From an uncultured Lachnospiraceae bacterium (GTDB taxonomy: Bacteria; Bacillota; Clostridia; Lachnospirales; Lachnospiraceae), in the NCBI GenBank assembly GCA_902797475.1, contig CADBTG010000012.1:1-24138 (forward strand): a stretch of DNA of 24,138 nucleotides, given 5' to 3'. The position numbers and the translations under genes were made by a program. Position 1 is the stretch's first letter; every line of letters begins with the position of its first letter. The notes beneath the pieces were generated by a model that was not told the DNA's origin, did no database searches, and was given only the letters and a program-made list of their open reading frames with translations. Positions 15,831-23,691 of the stretch are shown here, piece by piece.

Positions 15831-16871
15831 TTACTCTGCCACGGCGCTGTCCATGATTACTTTAAATGCAAGGTCGAACAGCATGCTCTGACGAAGCTTA
15901 TCCTTACCGTACTCCGTTTCGAACTTCGCCTGATCCGTGTAGTCATACTTCTTCATGTATTCCTGCACCATCGTATTGTACTGCTCGTCCGAAAGAACAA
16001 TCTTCTCTTTAGAGACGATGGCATTTAACACCATCTCCTCTTTCATCGTCTGCTCTGCAACACCCTTTACCTGCGCATTGAATTCGTCTACTGTCGTGTT
16101 GTAAGTAACTGACAGATAGTTCTCAAGCGACATGTTGGCCTTCAGGGCTTCGTTCGCATAGTAATTCTTGATGTCGTTATAGTAGCCGTCGAGCTTCTCG
16201 GCATCCAGCTTACCGAATTTCGTATCGGAAACAATCTTATCCAGAAGATCGCTGCGAACCTCACTCATATAAGTCTGCGCCTTCGCCTGAATGATATAGT
16301 CGGAGGCAAATTTCTTATACTCTTCCAAGGTCTTGAACTGTCCGTTTGAATAATCGGTAATCAGCTCATCATTCATCTCGCGGACCTTCTTCTCCACGAT
16401 GTCTTTTACGGTAACGGTAAATGTGACCTTCTTTCCGGCATATTCGGCATAATACTGTTCGGGAAATGTCAATTTGAGATCCGTGGTCTCGCCCTGCTTC
16501 ACGCCGATCAGGCCGTCTTCAAAGCCCGGAATGAAGCGGCCGCCGCCGATTTCCAGAATGTAGTCTTTGCCGGTTCCGCCCTCAAACGGCTCAGTCTGCC
16601 CGTCCAAAACGCCGCTGAAGTCGATCTTAACAAGATCTCCCTTCTTCACGGCCGTGCCCTTGCGGCTTTCAATCGACTCATAGGTCGTGTAGCGCTCCAG
16701 AATCTGCGCATACAGGTTCTGAAAATCCTCCTCGGAAACCTCAAAGGTCTTGTTAGGGTACGTCAGGCCTTTGTATTTGCCAAGGACAAGCTCGTCCTTC
16801 TTTCCGCAGCCTGCAAGGCAGGGAATCATCAGACATACCGTCGTCAAAAGCAGCAGTAATCTCTTCTTCAT
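15831..16871 (-). CDS. Trigger-factor-like lipoprotein (FKBP PPIase and C-terminal chaperone domains, no ribosome-binding domain)
   Basis: Start moved to ATG 16871 (ATGA overlap with the upstream stop). MKKRLLLLLTTVCLMIPCLAGC lipobox; FKBP 'VKKGDLVKIDFSG...FEGGTGKDYILEIGGGRFIPGFEDGLIG...LTFPEQY..EYAGKKVTFTVTVKDI'; helical Tig C-domain. No GFRxG motif. Confidence 0.85.
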   Translation of the reverse strand: MKKRLLLLLTTVCLMIPCLAGCGKKDELVLGKYKGLTYPNKTFEVSEEDFQNLYAQILERYTTYESIESRKGTAVKKGDLVKIDFSGVLDGQTEPFEGGTGKDYILEIGGGRFIPGFEDGLIGVKQGETTDLKLTFPEQYYAEYAGKKVTFTVTVKDIVEKKVREMNDELITDYSNGQFKTLEEYKKFASDYIIQAKAQTYMSEVRSDLLDKIVSDTKFGKLDAEKLDGYYNDIKNYYANEALKANMSLENYLSVTYNTTVDEFNAQVKGVAEQTMKEEMVLNAIVSKEKIVLSDEQYNTMVQEYMKKYDYTDQAKFETEYGKDKLRQSMLFDLAFKVIMDSAVAE

Positions 16872-18154
16872 TGTTTCCTCAGGATGGCTTTCCATCCTTT
16901 TCCTTTCTTTGATGTCCTGATTTTATGTAACGTTTGATAAATGCAAGCCATATCGTCGGTTTCTTTACTTCCGATAGCCCGCAGATAATACATGGTAGCC
17001 GCGGTTACCGTTTCCGAACCGAAAACAGCATCCTCCCGGGCAATCTGCCTGATCACAGGAAGCGGCGGCGTCGGAATGTGGTCGCGGAACGGTTCTGTGA
17101 AATCCGCAATGAAAACCGCCATCTCCATCGGATGCTCATCCATATCCACGGAACCGTTACAATGGTTTCCGATGGCCCGAAGCATCTCCGCATCGCGAAT
17201 GTCATAACGTTCCCTCGCCATCGCCCGACCTGCGGGACCGTGCCATATGCCTTTGATTGCAAGCACATCGTCCCGAAGCTTTACACGGTGTTTCTTCAGG
17301 TAAGCAAGCGTTTCCTCGCCGGTCAGGCTCTTCGCACAGTCATGAAGGAGTCCGGCAAGTAACGTTCTTCGGACAAGCCTCTTCCCGTTCGGCGTCTCAA
17401 GGATGCCTTCCGAATCGAGCCATTCCGCCATCAGATTGGCAGACATGAAGGCAACCCCTTTTGAGTGATTCAGACGGTGCGCGGAAACGGTTCCCGCCAG
17501 TCGTTCGGAAAGCTCTTCATAACGCTTTAAGGCTTCTCTTCGGACCGCCGTCGGTTTACAGCCGTATAAGCCGAAGCGGTGAATGTAATCATCCGTCGCT
17601 TTCACCAGTGCGGGATGGGGTTCCCGCTCCGTCCGGACAGCCTGCCGGATTACGGTTGAGGAAATATCGTAATAAGGAACCGTCAGTGCCTGAAATGCTC
17701 CGCCGTACTGCCGATTGCGTTCGGCAAGCAGTTCGCCGAAGCCCTTCTCGTCCGTTCCTCTGACGGCAACCAGCATCGTTGCAAGAGAAGCAATCTTTTC
17801 CGGCTCATGCCAGGTGACGAAATCCCGAAGGGAGTCTTCCCCGATGATGCAGAAAAGCTGATCGTCGGGATGCCTCTCGTGTAAAAGGGCAAGCGTATCG
17901 GAGGTATAGGAAACGCCTTCACGTTCAAACTCCGTCAGATCGAGCTCGATGCCTTCGCCGACCGGAAGCGCAAGGCTTACCATCATCAGGCGGTGGACAT
18001 CCTCGGTAATGCCCTTATTCTGTTTATGGGGCGGGATTCGCGCCGGCATGATGCGAACCATGTCAAGCCCGAACTGTTCCTTCGCCGCACGGGCAATCGC
18101 AAGGTGTCCCTTGTGGATCGGATCAAATGTCCCGCCGAAGATACCGACTTTCAT
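16868..18154 (-). CDS. nadD: Fusion of nicotinate-nucleotide adenylyltransferase (NadD) and a YqeK-type HD-domain hydrolase
   Basis: N-terminal 'GIFGGTFDPIHKGH', 'PPHK', 'SYTSDTL', 'IIGEDS', 'ISST'. C-terminal 'HRLNHSKGVA', 'AGLLHDCAK', 'WHGPAG', 'AIGNH', 'FIADFTEP.R'. One continuous 428-aa frame. Confidence 0.9.
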   Translation of the reverse strand: MKVGIFGGTFDPIHKGHLAIARAAKEQFGLDMVRIMPARIPPHKQNKGITEDVHRLMMVSLALPVGEGIELDLTEFEREGVSYTSDTLALLHERHPDDQLFCIIGEDSLRDFVTWHEPEKIASLATMLVAVRGTDEKGFGELLAERNRQYGGAFQALTVPYYDISSTVIRQAVRTEREPHPALVKATDDYIHRFGLYGCKPTAVRREALKRYEELSERLAGTVSAHRLNHSKGVAFMSANLMAEWLDSEGILETPNGKRLVRRTLLAGLLHDCAKSLTGEETLAYLKKHRVKLRDDVLAIKGIWHGPAGRAMARERYDIRDAEMLRAIGNHCNGSVDMDEHPMEMAVFIADFTEPFRDHIPTPPLPVIRQIAREDAVFGSETVTAATMYYLRAIGSKETDDMACIYQTLHKIRTSKKGKGWKAILRKQ

Positions 18155-18186
18155 GTTCTCTCCCCTTTTGACCGGTTTACTGCCAC

Positions 18187-18215
18187 ATTATATCACTTGA
18201 CAAAGGATTTTTCTA
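18187..18215 (-). promoter_or_regulatory. Promoter of the nadD operon (overlaps the divergent MATE promoter)
   Basis: Minus strand TAGAAA (18215-18210), N17, TATAAT (18192-18187), with an extended -10 TG. Confidence 0.6.
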
Positions 18216-18225
18216 CTATTATTAT
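18197..18225 (+). promoter_or_regulatory. Promoter of the MATE gene
   Basis: TTGACA (18197-18202), N17, TATTAT (18220-18225). Confidence 0.7.
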
Positions 18226-18299
18226 AATTCCGTTTGATAACAGTCTGTACAGTACCGTCCCATAACCCGTTCGGGACAACCGTTTGGAAGGAATCCGAA

Positions 18300-19706
18300 A
18301 TGAATGACCCTGTCTTAAAAGAAAATAAAATGGGCGTTATGCCCGTTAACAAACTGCTTGTATCGATGGCCGTACCGATGATCCTTTCGATGCTGATGCA
18401 GGCGATGTACAACATCGTGGACAGCATCTTTGTCGGCCGCTTCGATCAGAACGCGCTGAGTGCTGTTACGATGGCATTTCCCGCACAGTCACTGATGATT
18501 GCGATTGCCGCAGGTACCGGCGTCGGCGTGAACTCCCTTCTCTCTTACAGCCTCGGCAGAAAGGACAGAGAATCCGCGAACAAAGCCGCGACACACGGCA
18601 TCTTCCTTGCCTTTTGCGCCGCAATCCTGTTCCTTGTGCTCGGTCTGTTCCTCTCGGAACCGTTCTATCGCTGGCAGATTTCCGTGAAAGAATGGAGCGA
18701 GAATCCCGAGGCCTGCCGCGCCATCATCGCATACGGCAGGGAGTATCTCGGCGTCGTCACAATGTTCAGCCTCGGCATTTACATGCAGGTGACGTTAGAG
18801 CGTCTTCTGCAGTCTACCGGCAAGACCTTCTACGCCATGATCACGCAGGCAACCGGTGCGATCATCAACATCGTTCTCGACTATATTTTCGTTTTCGGCA
18901 AATGCGGACTCCCCGCCATGGGTGCAAAGGGTGCCGCGATTGCAACCGTCATCGGACAGTGGATCGCGATGTTGCTTGCTCTTGTGTTAAATGTAAAGAA
19001 AAACCGTGAAATCAGTCTTTCGTTCAAGGGGTTCCGCGTAGACGGCACGGTCGTGAAAACGATCTACCGCGTCGGCTTCCCCAGCATCATCATGCAGGCG
19101 ATTTCATCGGTCGTCACATTTTCCTTAAACAAGCTTCTGAACGGCTTTTCGCAGGTTGCCGTCAATGCGTTCGGCATTTACTTCAAGCTGCAGAGCTTCA
19201 TTTTCATGCCGGTGTTCGGCCTGAATAACGGCATGGTACCGATTATCGCATACAACTACGGCGCGCGGCACCGAAAGCGCATCTTCGATACGATGAAGCT
19301 GAGCTACCTGATTGCCGGCAGCATCATGGCAGTCGGAACGGTCATCTTTTTGGTGTTCCCGAAGCCTCTTCTGTCGATGTTCTGTAAGCCCGAGTCGCTT
19401 GACGAGCTTGCCCGCTACGGCATTCCGTGCCTTCGGCTAATCAGTCTTCACTTTGTCGTCGCGGCGTTCTCAATCATTACGATATCGGTATTCCAGGCGC
19501 TTGGAAACGGCCTGTACAGCATGATTGTTTCGATCTGCCGTCAGCTGGTGATTCTGCTTCCGGTCGCTCTGTTCATGGGACTTGTTCTTAAAAATATCGA
19601 CCTCGTGTGGCTCAGTTATCCGATTGCGGAAATCGCGTCGGCTTCCATGTGCCTGTTCTATTTAGTCAGGATATACCGCAGGAATTTAAAAGGTCTGCCC
19701 GAATAA
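18300..19706 (+). CDS. MATE family efflux transporter
   Basis: Start moved to ATG 18300 (RBS GGAAGGA). 'KLLVSMAVPMILSMLMQAMYNIVDSIFVG', 'NIVLDYIFVFG..GLPAMGAKGAAIATVIGQ', 'IIAYNYGAR'; about 12 TM helices. Confidence 0.95.
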   Translation: MNDPVLKENKMGVMPVNKLLVSMAVPMILSMLMQAMYNIVDSIFVGRFDQNALSAVTMAFPAQSLMIAIAAGTGVGVNSLLSYSLGRKDRESANKAATHGIFLAFCAAILFLVLGLFLSEPFYRWQISVKEWSENPEACRAIIAYGREYLGVVTMFSLGIYMQVTLERLLQSTGKTFYAMITQATGAIINIVLDYIFVFGKCGLPAMGAKGAAIATVIGQWIAMLLALVLNVKKNREISLSFKGFRVDGTVVKTIYRVGFPSIIMQAISSVVTFSLNKLLNGFSQVAVNAFGIYFKLQSFIFMPVFGLNNGMVPIIAYNYGARHRKRIFDTMKLSYLIAGSIMAVGTVIFLVFPKPLLSMFCKPESLDELARYGIPCLRLISLHFVVAAFSIITISVFQALGNGLYSMIVSICRQLVILLPVALFMGLVLKNIDLVWLSYPIAEIASASMCLFYLVRIYRRNLKGLPE

Positions 19707-19719
19707 GGCAGACCTTTTT
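19688..19719. terminator. Bidirectional intrinsic terminator overlapping the MATE stop codon
   Basis: AAAAGGTCTGCC-CGAATAA-GGCAGACCTTTT. The MATE TAA lies in the loop, and the convergent stop is at 19722. Confidence 0.85.
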
Positions 19720-19721
19720 CA

Positions 19722-20486
19722 TTATATGGACTTTTTCTGAATGCACGCAAGGCCTCCCGCGATGCAAAGCGCAAAGCAGACTCCCGCGACACAAAGCGGT
19801 ATTACGAAATCTCCGATTGCAAGTTTTTCCTCCAACAGGGAGAGGCCGCTTGAAAGCCGGATCGGAAGATATTTCTCGGTCTTCGGGATGATGGTAAGAA
19901 ACGTGCAGAGAAAATACACGCCGCCGACTCCCAAAAGCACCTGAAAGCTTCCCGATGCAATCGAGGAGAAGAATGCCCACAGCCCGATGATCCAGATTCC
20001 GAATGCCCACTCAAGAAGCACTGCCGGGATGATATGCGGCACTCTGTCCGACCAGTAATATAAGGTGTATCCGTAGCTTAAAAGGAAATACAACCCGTAT
20101 CCCGCCGTCCAGACGCAAAGCAGCGCTCCGACCTTCGACAGAAAGATATCGGTTCTTTTAAGCCCCTTGGTCACGAGCGGAACAAGCGTATGCCTGCGGT
20201 ATTCCTCCGTAAAGCAACCCGCCCACATAAGCACCATGACGATCAGCGGAATATCGATGTTTTTGAAGAACTGCATCCAGGCATCCATCGCCGTAACGTC
20301 CTTCGGAACCATGACGATTCCCTGGGTTGCCATCTCCTCCGCCACCATGTCTAAAATTTTCGGTGTCAGAAGCGCCGTTCCGATTCCGAGAAGCGCGAAG
20401 GCGGCAAATACAATGGCTATGATCAATGCCTTCTTACGCCGCACAATCTCGGTGACTTCTTTTCTGAAAAATGCCATCCCGCTCAT
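19722..20486 (-). CDS. ABC-2 type transporter permease (YxlG-like)
   Basis: 254 aa, about 6 TM helices, 'FFRKE..EIVR', 'FTEEYRRHTLVPLVTKGLKRTDIFLSK'. 4-nt overlap with the ATPase gene. Confidence 0.85.
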   Translation of the reverse strand: MSGMAFFRKEVTEIVRRKKALIIAIVFAAFALLGIGTALLTPKILDMVAEEMATQGIVMVPKDVTAMDAWMQFFKNIDIPLIVMVLMWAGCFTEEYRRHTLVPLVTKGLKRTDIFLSKVGALLCVWTAGYGLYFLLSYGYTLYYWSDRVPHIIPAVLLEWAFGIWIIGLWAFFSSIASGSFQVLLGVGGVYFLCTFLTIIPKTEKYLPIRLSSGLSLLEEKLAIGDFVIPLCVAGVCFALCIAGGLACIQKKSI

Positions 20487-21430
20487 CGTACCGCCTCCCT
20501 TCCGTCTTCGCTGTCGACCTTGCCGACAGCCTCCAGGAATTGGTCCTCAAGCGTGGATTCTTTCCATTCCGCCTTCTCGATATCGATGCTTTCTTCCGCT
20601 ACCGTTTTCAAAACCCTGCGAAAATCCTCCGCACCGCCGTGTTTCCACAAAAGCCGGCTGATGCCGCCCTGCTCTTCTTCGGGAATCATATTCGGGAACA
20701 GTTCTGCCAGTCTGATAAAGCTTTGCTGGTTGGCGGCCGACACGAAGAAGTCTCTCTCGGAGCGAACCCGGTGTAATTCCTCCATCGTGCCTTCCCTAAC
20801 GATTCTGCCGTCATGAAGAATCGCCGCACGGTCGCTGATCCTCTCCACATCAGAAAGGATATGCGTCGAGAAGATGATCGTCGTCTCCTTTTTCGCGGCA
20901 AGAAGCGCATCGAGAATCTCTTTTCGCCCCATCGGGTCAAGCGCCGAGGTGGGCTCATCGCAGATCAGAAGCTTCGGCTTATTAAGAAGCGCCTGGGCGA
21001 TGCCGAGCCGCTGCTTCATACCTCTTGAAAAGCCGCCGATCCGATGCTTCTCTCCTGCAAGCCCTACGGTCTCGAGCATCTCGTCGATTCGGGATTTCTG
21101 CTCCTTTTTCGGCATCCCCGTTATGTCTGCACACAAGCGGAGATACTCTTTCGTTGTCATATAATCATAAAACTCCGGGACATCCGGCAGATATCCTACC
21201 ATTCTGTTGGTTTTGGTATTTCCGTAGGTCACCGGCTCCCCGAACACGCGAATCTCTCCGGCATCCTTCTGCAAAAGGCCTAGCACCGTTTTCATGGTCG
21301 TGGTCTTTCCTGCGCCGTTCTGACCGATGAATCCGAAGATGCACCCCTCCGGCACGGAAAAGGAAACACCCTTCAGCACTTCCTTTGTCCCGAACCTTTT
21401 CTTAAGTCCTTCTATCTCCAAAGCATTCAT
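20483..21430 (-). CDS. ABC transporter ATP-binding protein (ABC-2/drug-resistance type, YxlF-like)
   Basis: Start moved to ATG 21430 (RBS GAGG). Walker A 'GQNGAGKTT', signature 'FSRGMKQRLGIAQAL', Walker B 'LLICDEPT', H-loop 'STHIL'. Confidence 0.94.
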   Translation of the reverse strand: MNALEIEGLKKRFGTKEVLKGVSFSVPEGCIFGFIGQNGAGKTTTMKTVLGLLQKDAGEIRVFGEPVTYGNTKTNRMVGYLPDVPEFYDYMTTKEYLRLCADITGMPKKEQKSRIDEMLETVGLAGEKHRIGGFSRGMKQRLGIAQALLNKPKLLICDEPTSALDPMGRKEILDALLAAKKETTIIFSTHILSDVERISDRAAILHDGRIVREGTMEELHRVRSERDFFVSAANQQSFIRLAELFPNMIPEEEQGGISRLLWKHGGAEDFRRVLKTVAEESIDIEKAEWKESTLEDQFLEAVGKVDSEDGREAVR

Positions 21431-21497
21431 GTCATTTTCCTCAGGCTGTATTAAAGTGCAGTGGCGCGCGCCTGTCACGCCATCCGTGGGCGGCATT

Positions 21498-21968
21498 CTA
21501 ACCCCTGCCCTTAACCGCTATGAATACCATCGTTGCGATAAATGCGACGGTGAAAACTCCCAGCTGTATGAAAATAATCCAGCCGGGATAGGTTTTGGAA
21601 AATACGATGGCAATAATCGGGCCGGCCAGAAGCGTAATCATGATAATGGTTTCGACTTCCATGAAGTATTTGACGGTCCGGTAGACAAATTCCCGGTTGC
21701 TATCCGTAATCTTCACGGGCAGATTCCACATCTTCGGGAACATTTCCGAAAGATACATAAGCCCCGTTATGGCAACCATTACGACCAACAGGACAATCAG
21801 CATTTTCTTGCCGCCGAAGCCGTTCGGTTCCCCGTTCAGTTCAAAGTGTGTCGGGATCTTATCCGGCAGTTTATTCCACCGAACGGCAACAATCAAGGCC
21901 GTTGCCGCGCAGCATAAAAAGGCGACGGCTTTCAAAATCCAATCCACGGTGTTGTTCGCGATTCTCAT
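21498..21968 (-). CDS. DUF1648 domain membrane protein (SdpI-like N-terminal region)
   Basis: Start moved to ATG 21968 (RBS AAGGAG). 'RWNKLPDKIPTHFELNGEPNGFGGK' is the DUF1648 signature; about 4 TM helices. Confidence 0.82.
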   Translation of the reverse strand: MRIANNTVDWILKAVAFLCCAATALIVAVRWNKLPDKIPTHFELNGEPNGFGGKKMLIVLLVVMVAITGLMYLSEMFPKMWNLPVKITDSNREFVYRTVKYFMEVETIIMITLLAGPIIAIVFSKTYPGWIIFIQLGVFTVAFIATMVFIAVKGRG

Positions 21969-21978
21969 ATAAGGCTCC

Positions 21979-22203
21979 TTACTCGTCCGATTTGCCGATG
22001 ACCAGGTAAAGAATCGGGCCGACAAAGTTCATGCCCACCAAGGCAATAATGTTCCAAAGTACCCGGTTGCCGGTTTTGTAGGTTTCGTGGGTGTTGATGT
22101 GCCACAAAACATAAATCAGCAGAACGAACTCAATTACAACAATCGGGATGATAAGCGGAAGATACTGTTTTAAATCCGCTAAAGTTGCTGTTGCTGCAAA
22201 CAT
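21979..22203 (-). CDS. PLDc N-terminal domain small membrane protein (YxlE-like)
   Basis: 74 aa, RBS GAGGAG, 'YLPLIIPIVVIEFVLLIYVLWHI...RVLWNIIALVGMNFVGPILYLVIGK'. Confidence 0.8.
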   Translation of the reverse strand: MFAATATLADLKQYLPLIIPIVVIEFVLLIYVLWHINTHETYKTGNRVLWNIIALVGMNFVGPILYLVIGKSDE

Positions 22204-22243
22204 GTTCTGTCTCCTCTTTCATAATCCTTTCAAACGGTGATTC

Positions 22244-22438
22244 TTATACGTCAAGTTCCGGCGGCACATCGATTTCCTTACCGACATACGCGCCGTTCTT
22301 CTTGCGTTGCTTCACACACTCCGAAAGGAGATATTCAATCTGTCCGTTCACGGAGCGGAAATCGTCCTCCGCCCATGACGCAATGGCATTATACAATGCT
22401 TCCGAAAGCCGAAGCGGTACCTGCTTTTTCTCAGCCAT
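22244..22438 (-). CDS. Arc-family ribbon-helix-helix DNA-binding protein
   Basis: 'KKQVPLRLSEALYNAIASWAEDDFRSVNGQIEYLL' (beta strand, helix, RSxN helix). The AAGGAG spacing favours the ATG at 22438. Confidence 0.85.
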   Translation of the reverse strand: MAEKKQVPLRLSEALYNAIASWAEDDFRSVNGQIEYLLSECVKQRKKNGAYVGKEIDVPPELDV

Positions 22439-22474
22439 TGTCATACTCCTTTCCGGGTTGCCCCGCCTGGGTGA

Positions 22475-22494
22475 GGGGGACCCGAGGGTCCCCC
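22475..22494. other. GC-rich stem-loop between the SPFH and Arc genes, without a U-tract
   Basis: GGGGGACC-CGAG-GGTCCCCC, a perfect stem beginning 8 nt after the SPFH stop. Confidence 0.7.
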
Positions 22495-22502
22495 GTTACG
22501 GT

Positions 22503-23495
22503 TTAGTACAAGCTGCCGGAGTTAACAACCGGCTGTGCGTCGTGGTTTCCGCAAAGGACAACCAGAAGGTTCGATACCATTGCGGCCTTTCTCTCTTCGT
22601 CAAGGTTAACCATCTTCGTTTCATTCAGACGCTCAAGAGCCATTTCCACCATGCCTACGGCACCGTCTACGATCATCTTTCTTGCGTCGATGATTGCCGA
22701 AGCCTGCTGACGCTGCAGCATTGCAGCTGCAATTTCGGGAGCGTATGCAAGGTAGGTGATTCTGGCTTCAATAATATGCAGTCCGGCGATGGATACGCGT
22801 TTCTCAATCTCTTCACGGATACGTGCCGCAACCACTTCGCTGGAGCCGCGGAGACTTCCCTCGTCCGCTACGCCGTCGCCGGTCGTGTCAACGCCTTCCG
22901 CCACATCATAAGGATAAATCCGGACGATGTTACGAAGCGCGGTATCACACTGCAGGGAGAGATACTCTTTATAGTTGTGCACGTTGAACACGGCTTTTGC
23001 CGTATCGTCGATGCACCATGTTACTGCCATGCCGATCTCCACGGGCGTTCCGAGGCGGTCGTTGATCTTCTGACGGTTGTTATTAAGAGTCAGGATCTTC
23101 AGGGAGAGCTTATTGCTCGGCATAGAAATGGTCCCGGGCTGACCCGTCAGCGGGCTGATTGCGCTCTTAACGTCGCCGCTCTGGTTCAGCTCGGTCTTGG
23201 CTGCCGGGTTAACGGAAACGCAGAACGGGTTTACGGCATAGAAGCCTTCACCCTTAAGGGTTCCGTAGTATTTACCAAAGAGCGTAAGAACAAGAGCTTC
23301 CTGAGGCTTCAGGACTTTAAGGCCGAGAAGCATGATCCATCCGAGAGACAGCCATATGACTGCAAGGACGATCACGGCCGGCGCATTTTCGCTTACTCCG
23401 AACGGAATCAGACCGATTGCCACGATGTCGAGCAGAAAATACGTAACCAGAAGAAGCATTCCGTGTTTCTTGCCTGTTAAAACTTTTTCTTTCAT
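22503..23495 (-). CDS. SPFH/band 7 domain membrane protein
   Basis: Start moved to ATG 23495 (RBS AAAGGGG). Two N-terminal TM helices, 'EALVLTLFGKYYGT', 'KINDRLGTPVEIG', 'ALRNIVRIYPYD', 'ARITYLAYAPEIAAAMLQRQQASAIIDARKMIVDGAVGMVEMAL'. Confidence 0.92.
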   Translation of the reverse strand: MKEKVLTGKKHGMLLLVTYFLLDIVAIGLIPFGVSENAPAVIVLAVIWLSLGWIMLLGLKVLKPQEALVLTLFGKYYGTLKGEGFYAVNPFCVSVNPAAKTELNQSGDVKSAISPLTGQPGTISMPSNKLSLKILTLNNNRQKINDRLGTPVEIGMAVTWCIDDTAKAVFNVHNYKEYLSLQCDTALRNIVRIYPYDVAEGVDTTGDGVADEGSLRGSSEVVAARIREEIEKRVSIAGLHIIEARITYLAYAPEIAAAMLQRQQASAIIDARKMIVDGAVGMVEMALERLNETKMVNLDEERKAAMVSNLLVVLCGNHDAQPVVNSGSLY

Positions 23496-23536
23496 GTAAG
23501 TTACCCCTTTCACAGTAATTGAAATTTGGTTACAAG

Positions 23537-23571
23537 TGCAATTTGCATTTTTCTGATATCAATTTGATATC
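23537..23571. promoter_or_regulatory. Tandem palindromic operator candidates downstream of the SPFH operon promoter
   Basis: GATATCAA-T-TTGATATC (23555-23571) and TGCAA-T-TTGCA (23537-23547). Both are centred on CAATTTG, 21 nt apart. Confidence 0.65.
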
Positions 23572-23580
23572 GTTGAGATG

Positions 23581-23609
23581 GTTTTATCATATCTGTTGAA
23601 AAATGTCAA
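23581..23609 (-). promoter_or_regulatory. Promoter of the SPFH-Arc operon
   Basis: Minus strand TTGACA (23609-23604), N17, TAAAAC (23586-23581), with an extended -10 TG. The -10 is weak. Confidence 0.5.
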
Positions 23610-23636
23610 GATAACTTTCGAAAGATTTAACAATTC

Positions 23637-23664
23637 AAAAAGGCCGAGGGAAAATCCCCCGGCC
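23637..23664 (-). terminator. Intrinsic terminator after the metallophosphoesterase gene
   Basis: Minus strand GGCCGGGGGA-TTT-TCCCTCGGCC followed by TTTT, 27 nt after the stop at 23692. Confidence 0.75.
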
Positions 23665-23691
23665 CTCCGGGCCTTAAATGCCTGAAAATCT

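Noticed and set aside
15831-16871. Calling this gene tig
   Set aside because: It lacks the ribosome-binding domain and has a lipobox, so it is not the canonical trigger factor.
18232-18299. Possible riboswitch in the MATE leader (GTCCC...GGGAC hairpin, CTGTACAG palindrome)
   Set aside because: There is only a 5-bp stem, no terminator or clear anti-SD, and no match I can make to guanidine or other riboswitch consensus. An Rfam scan would settle it.
22185-23480. 431-aa plus-strand ORF antisense to SPFH and Arc
   Set aside because: It has no RBS or domain signature and mirrors two real genes; same codon-bias artefact.
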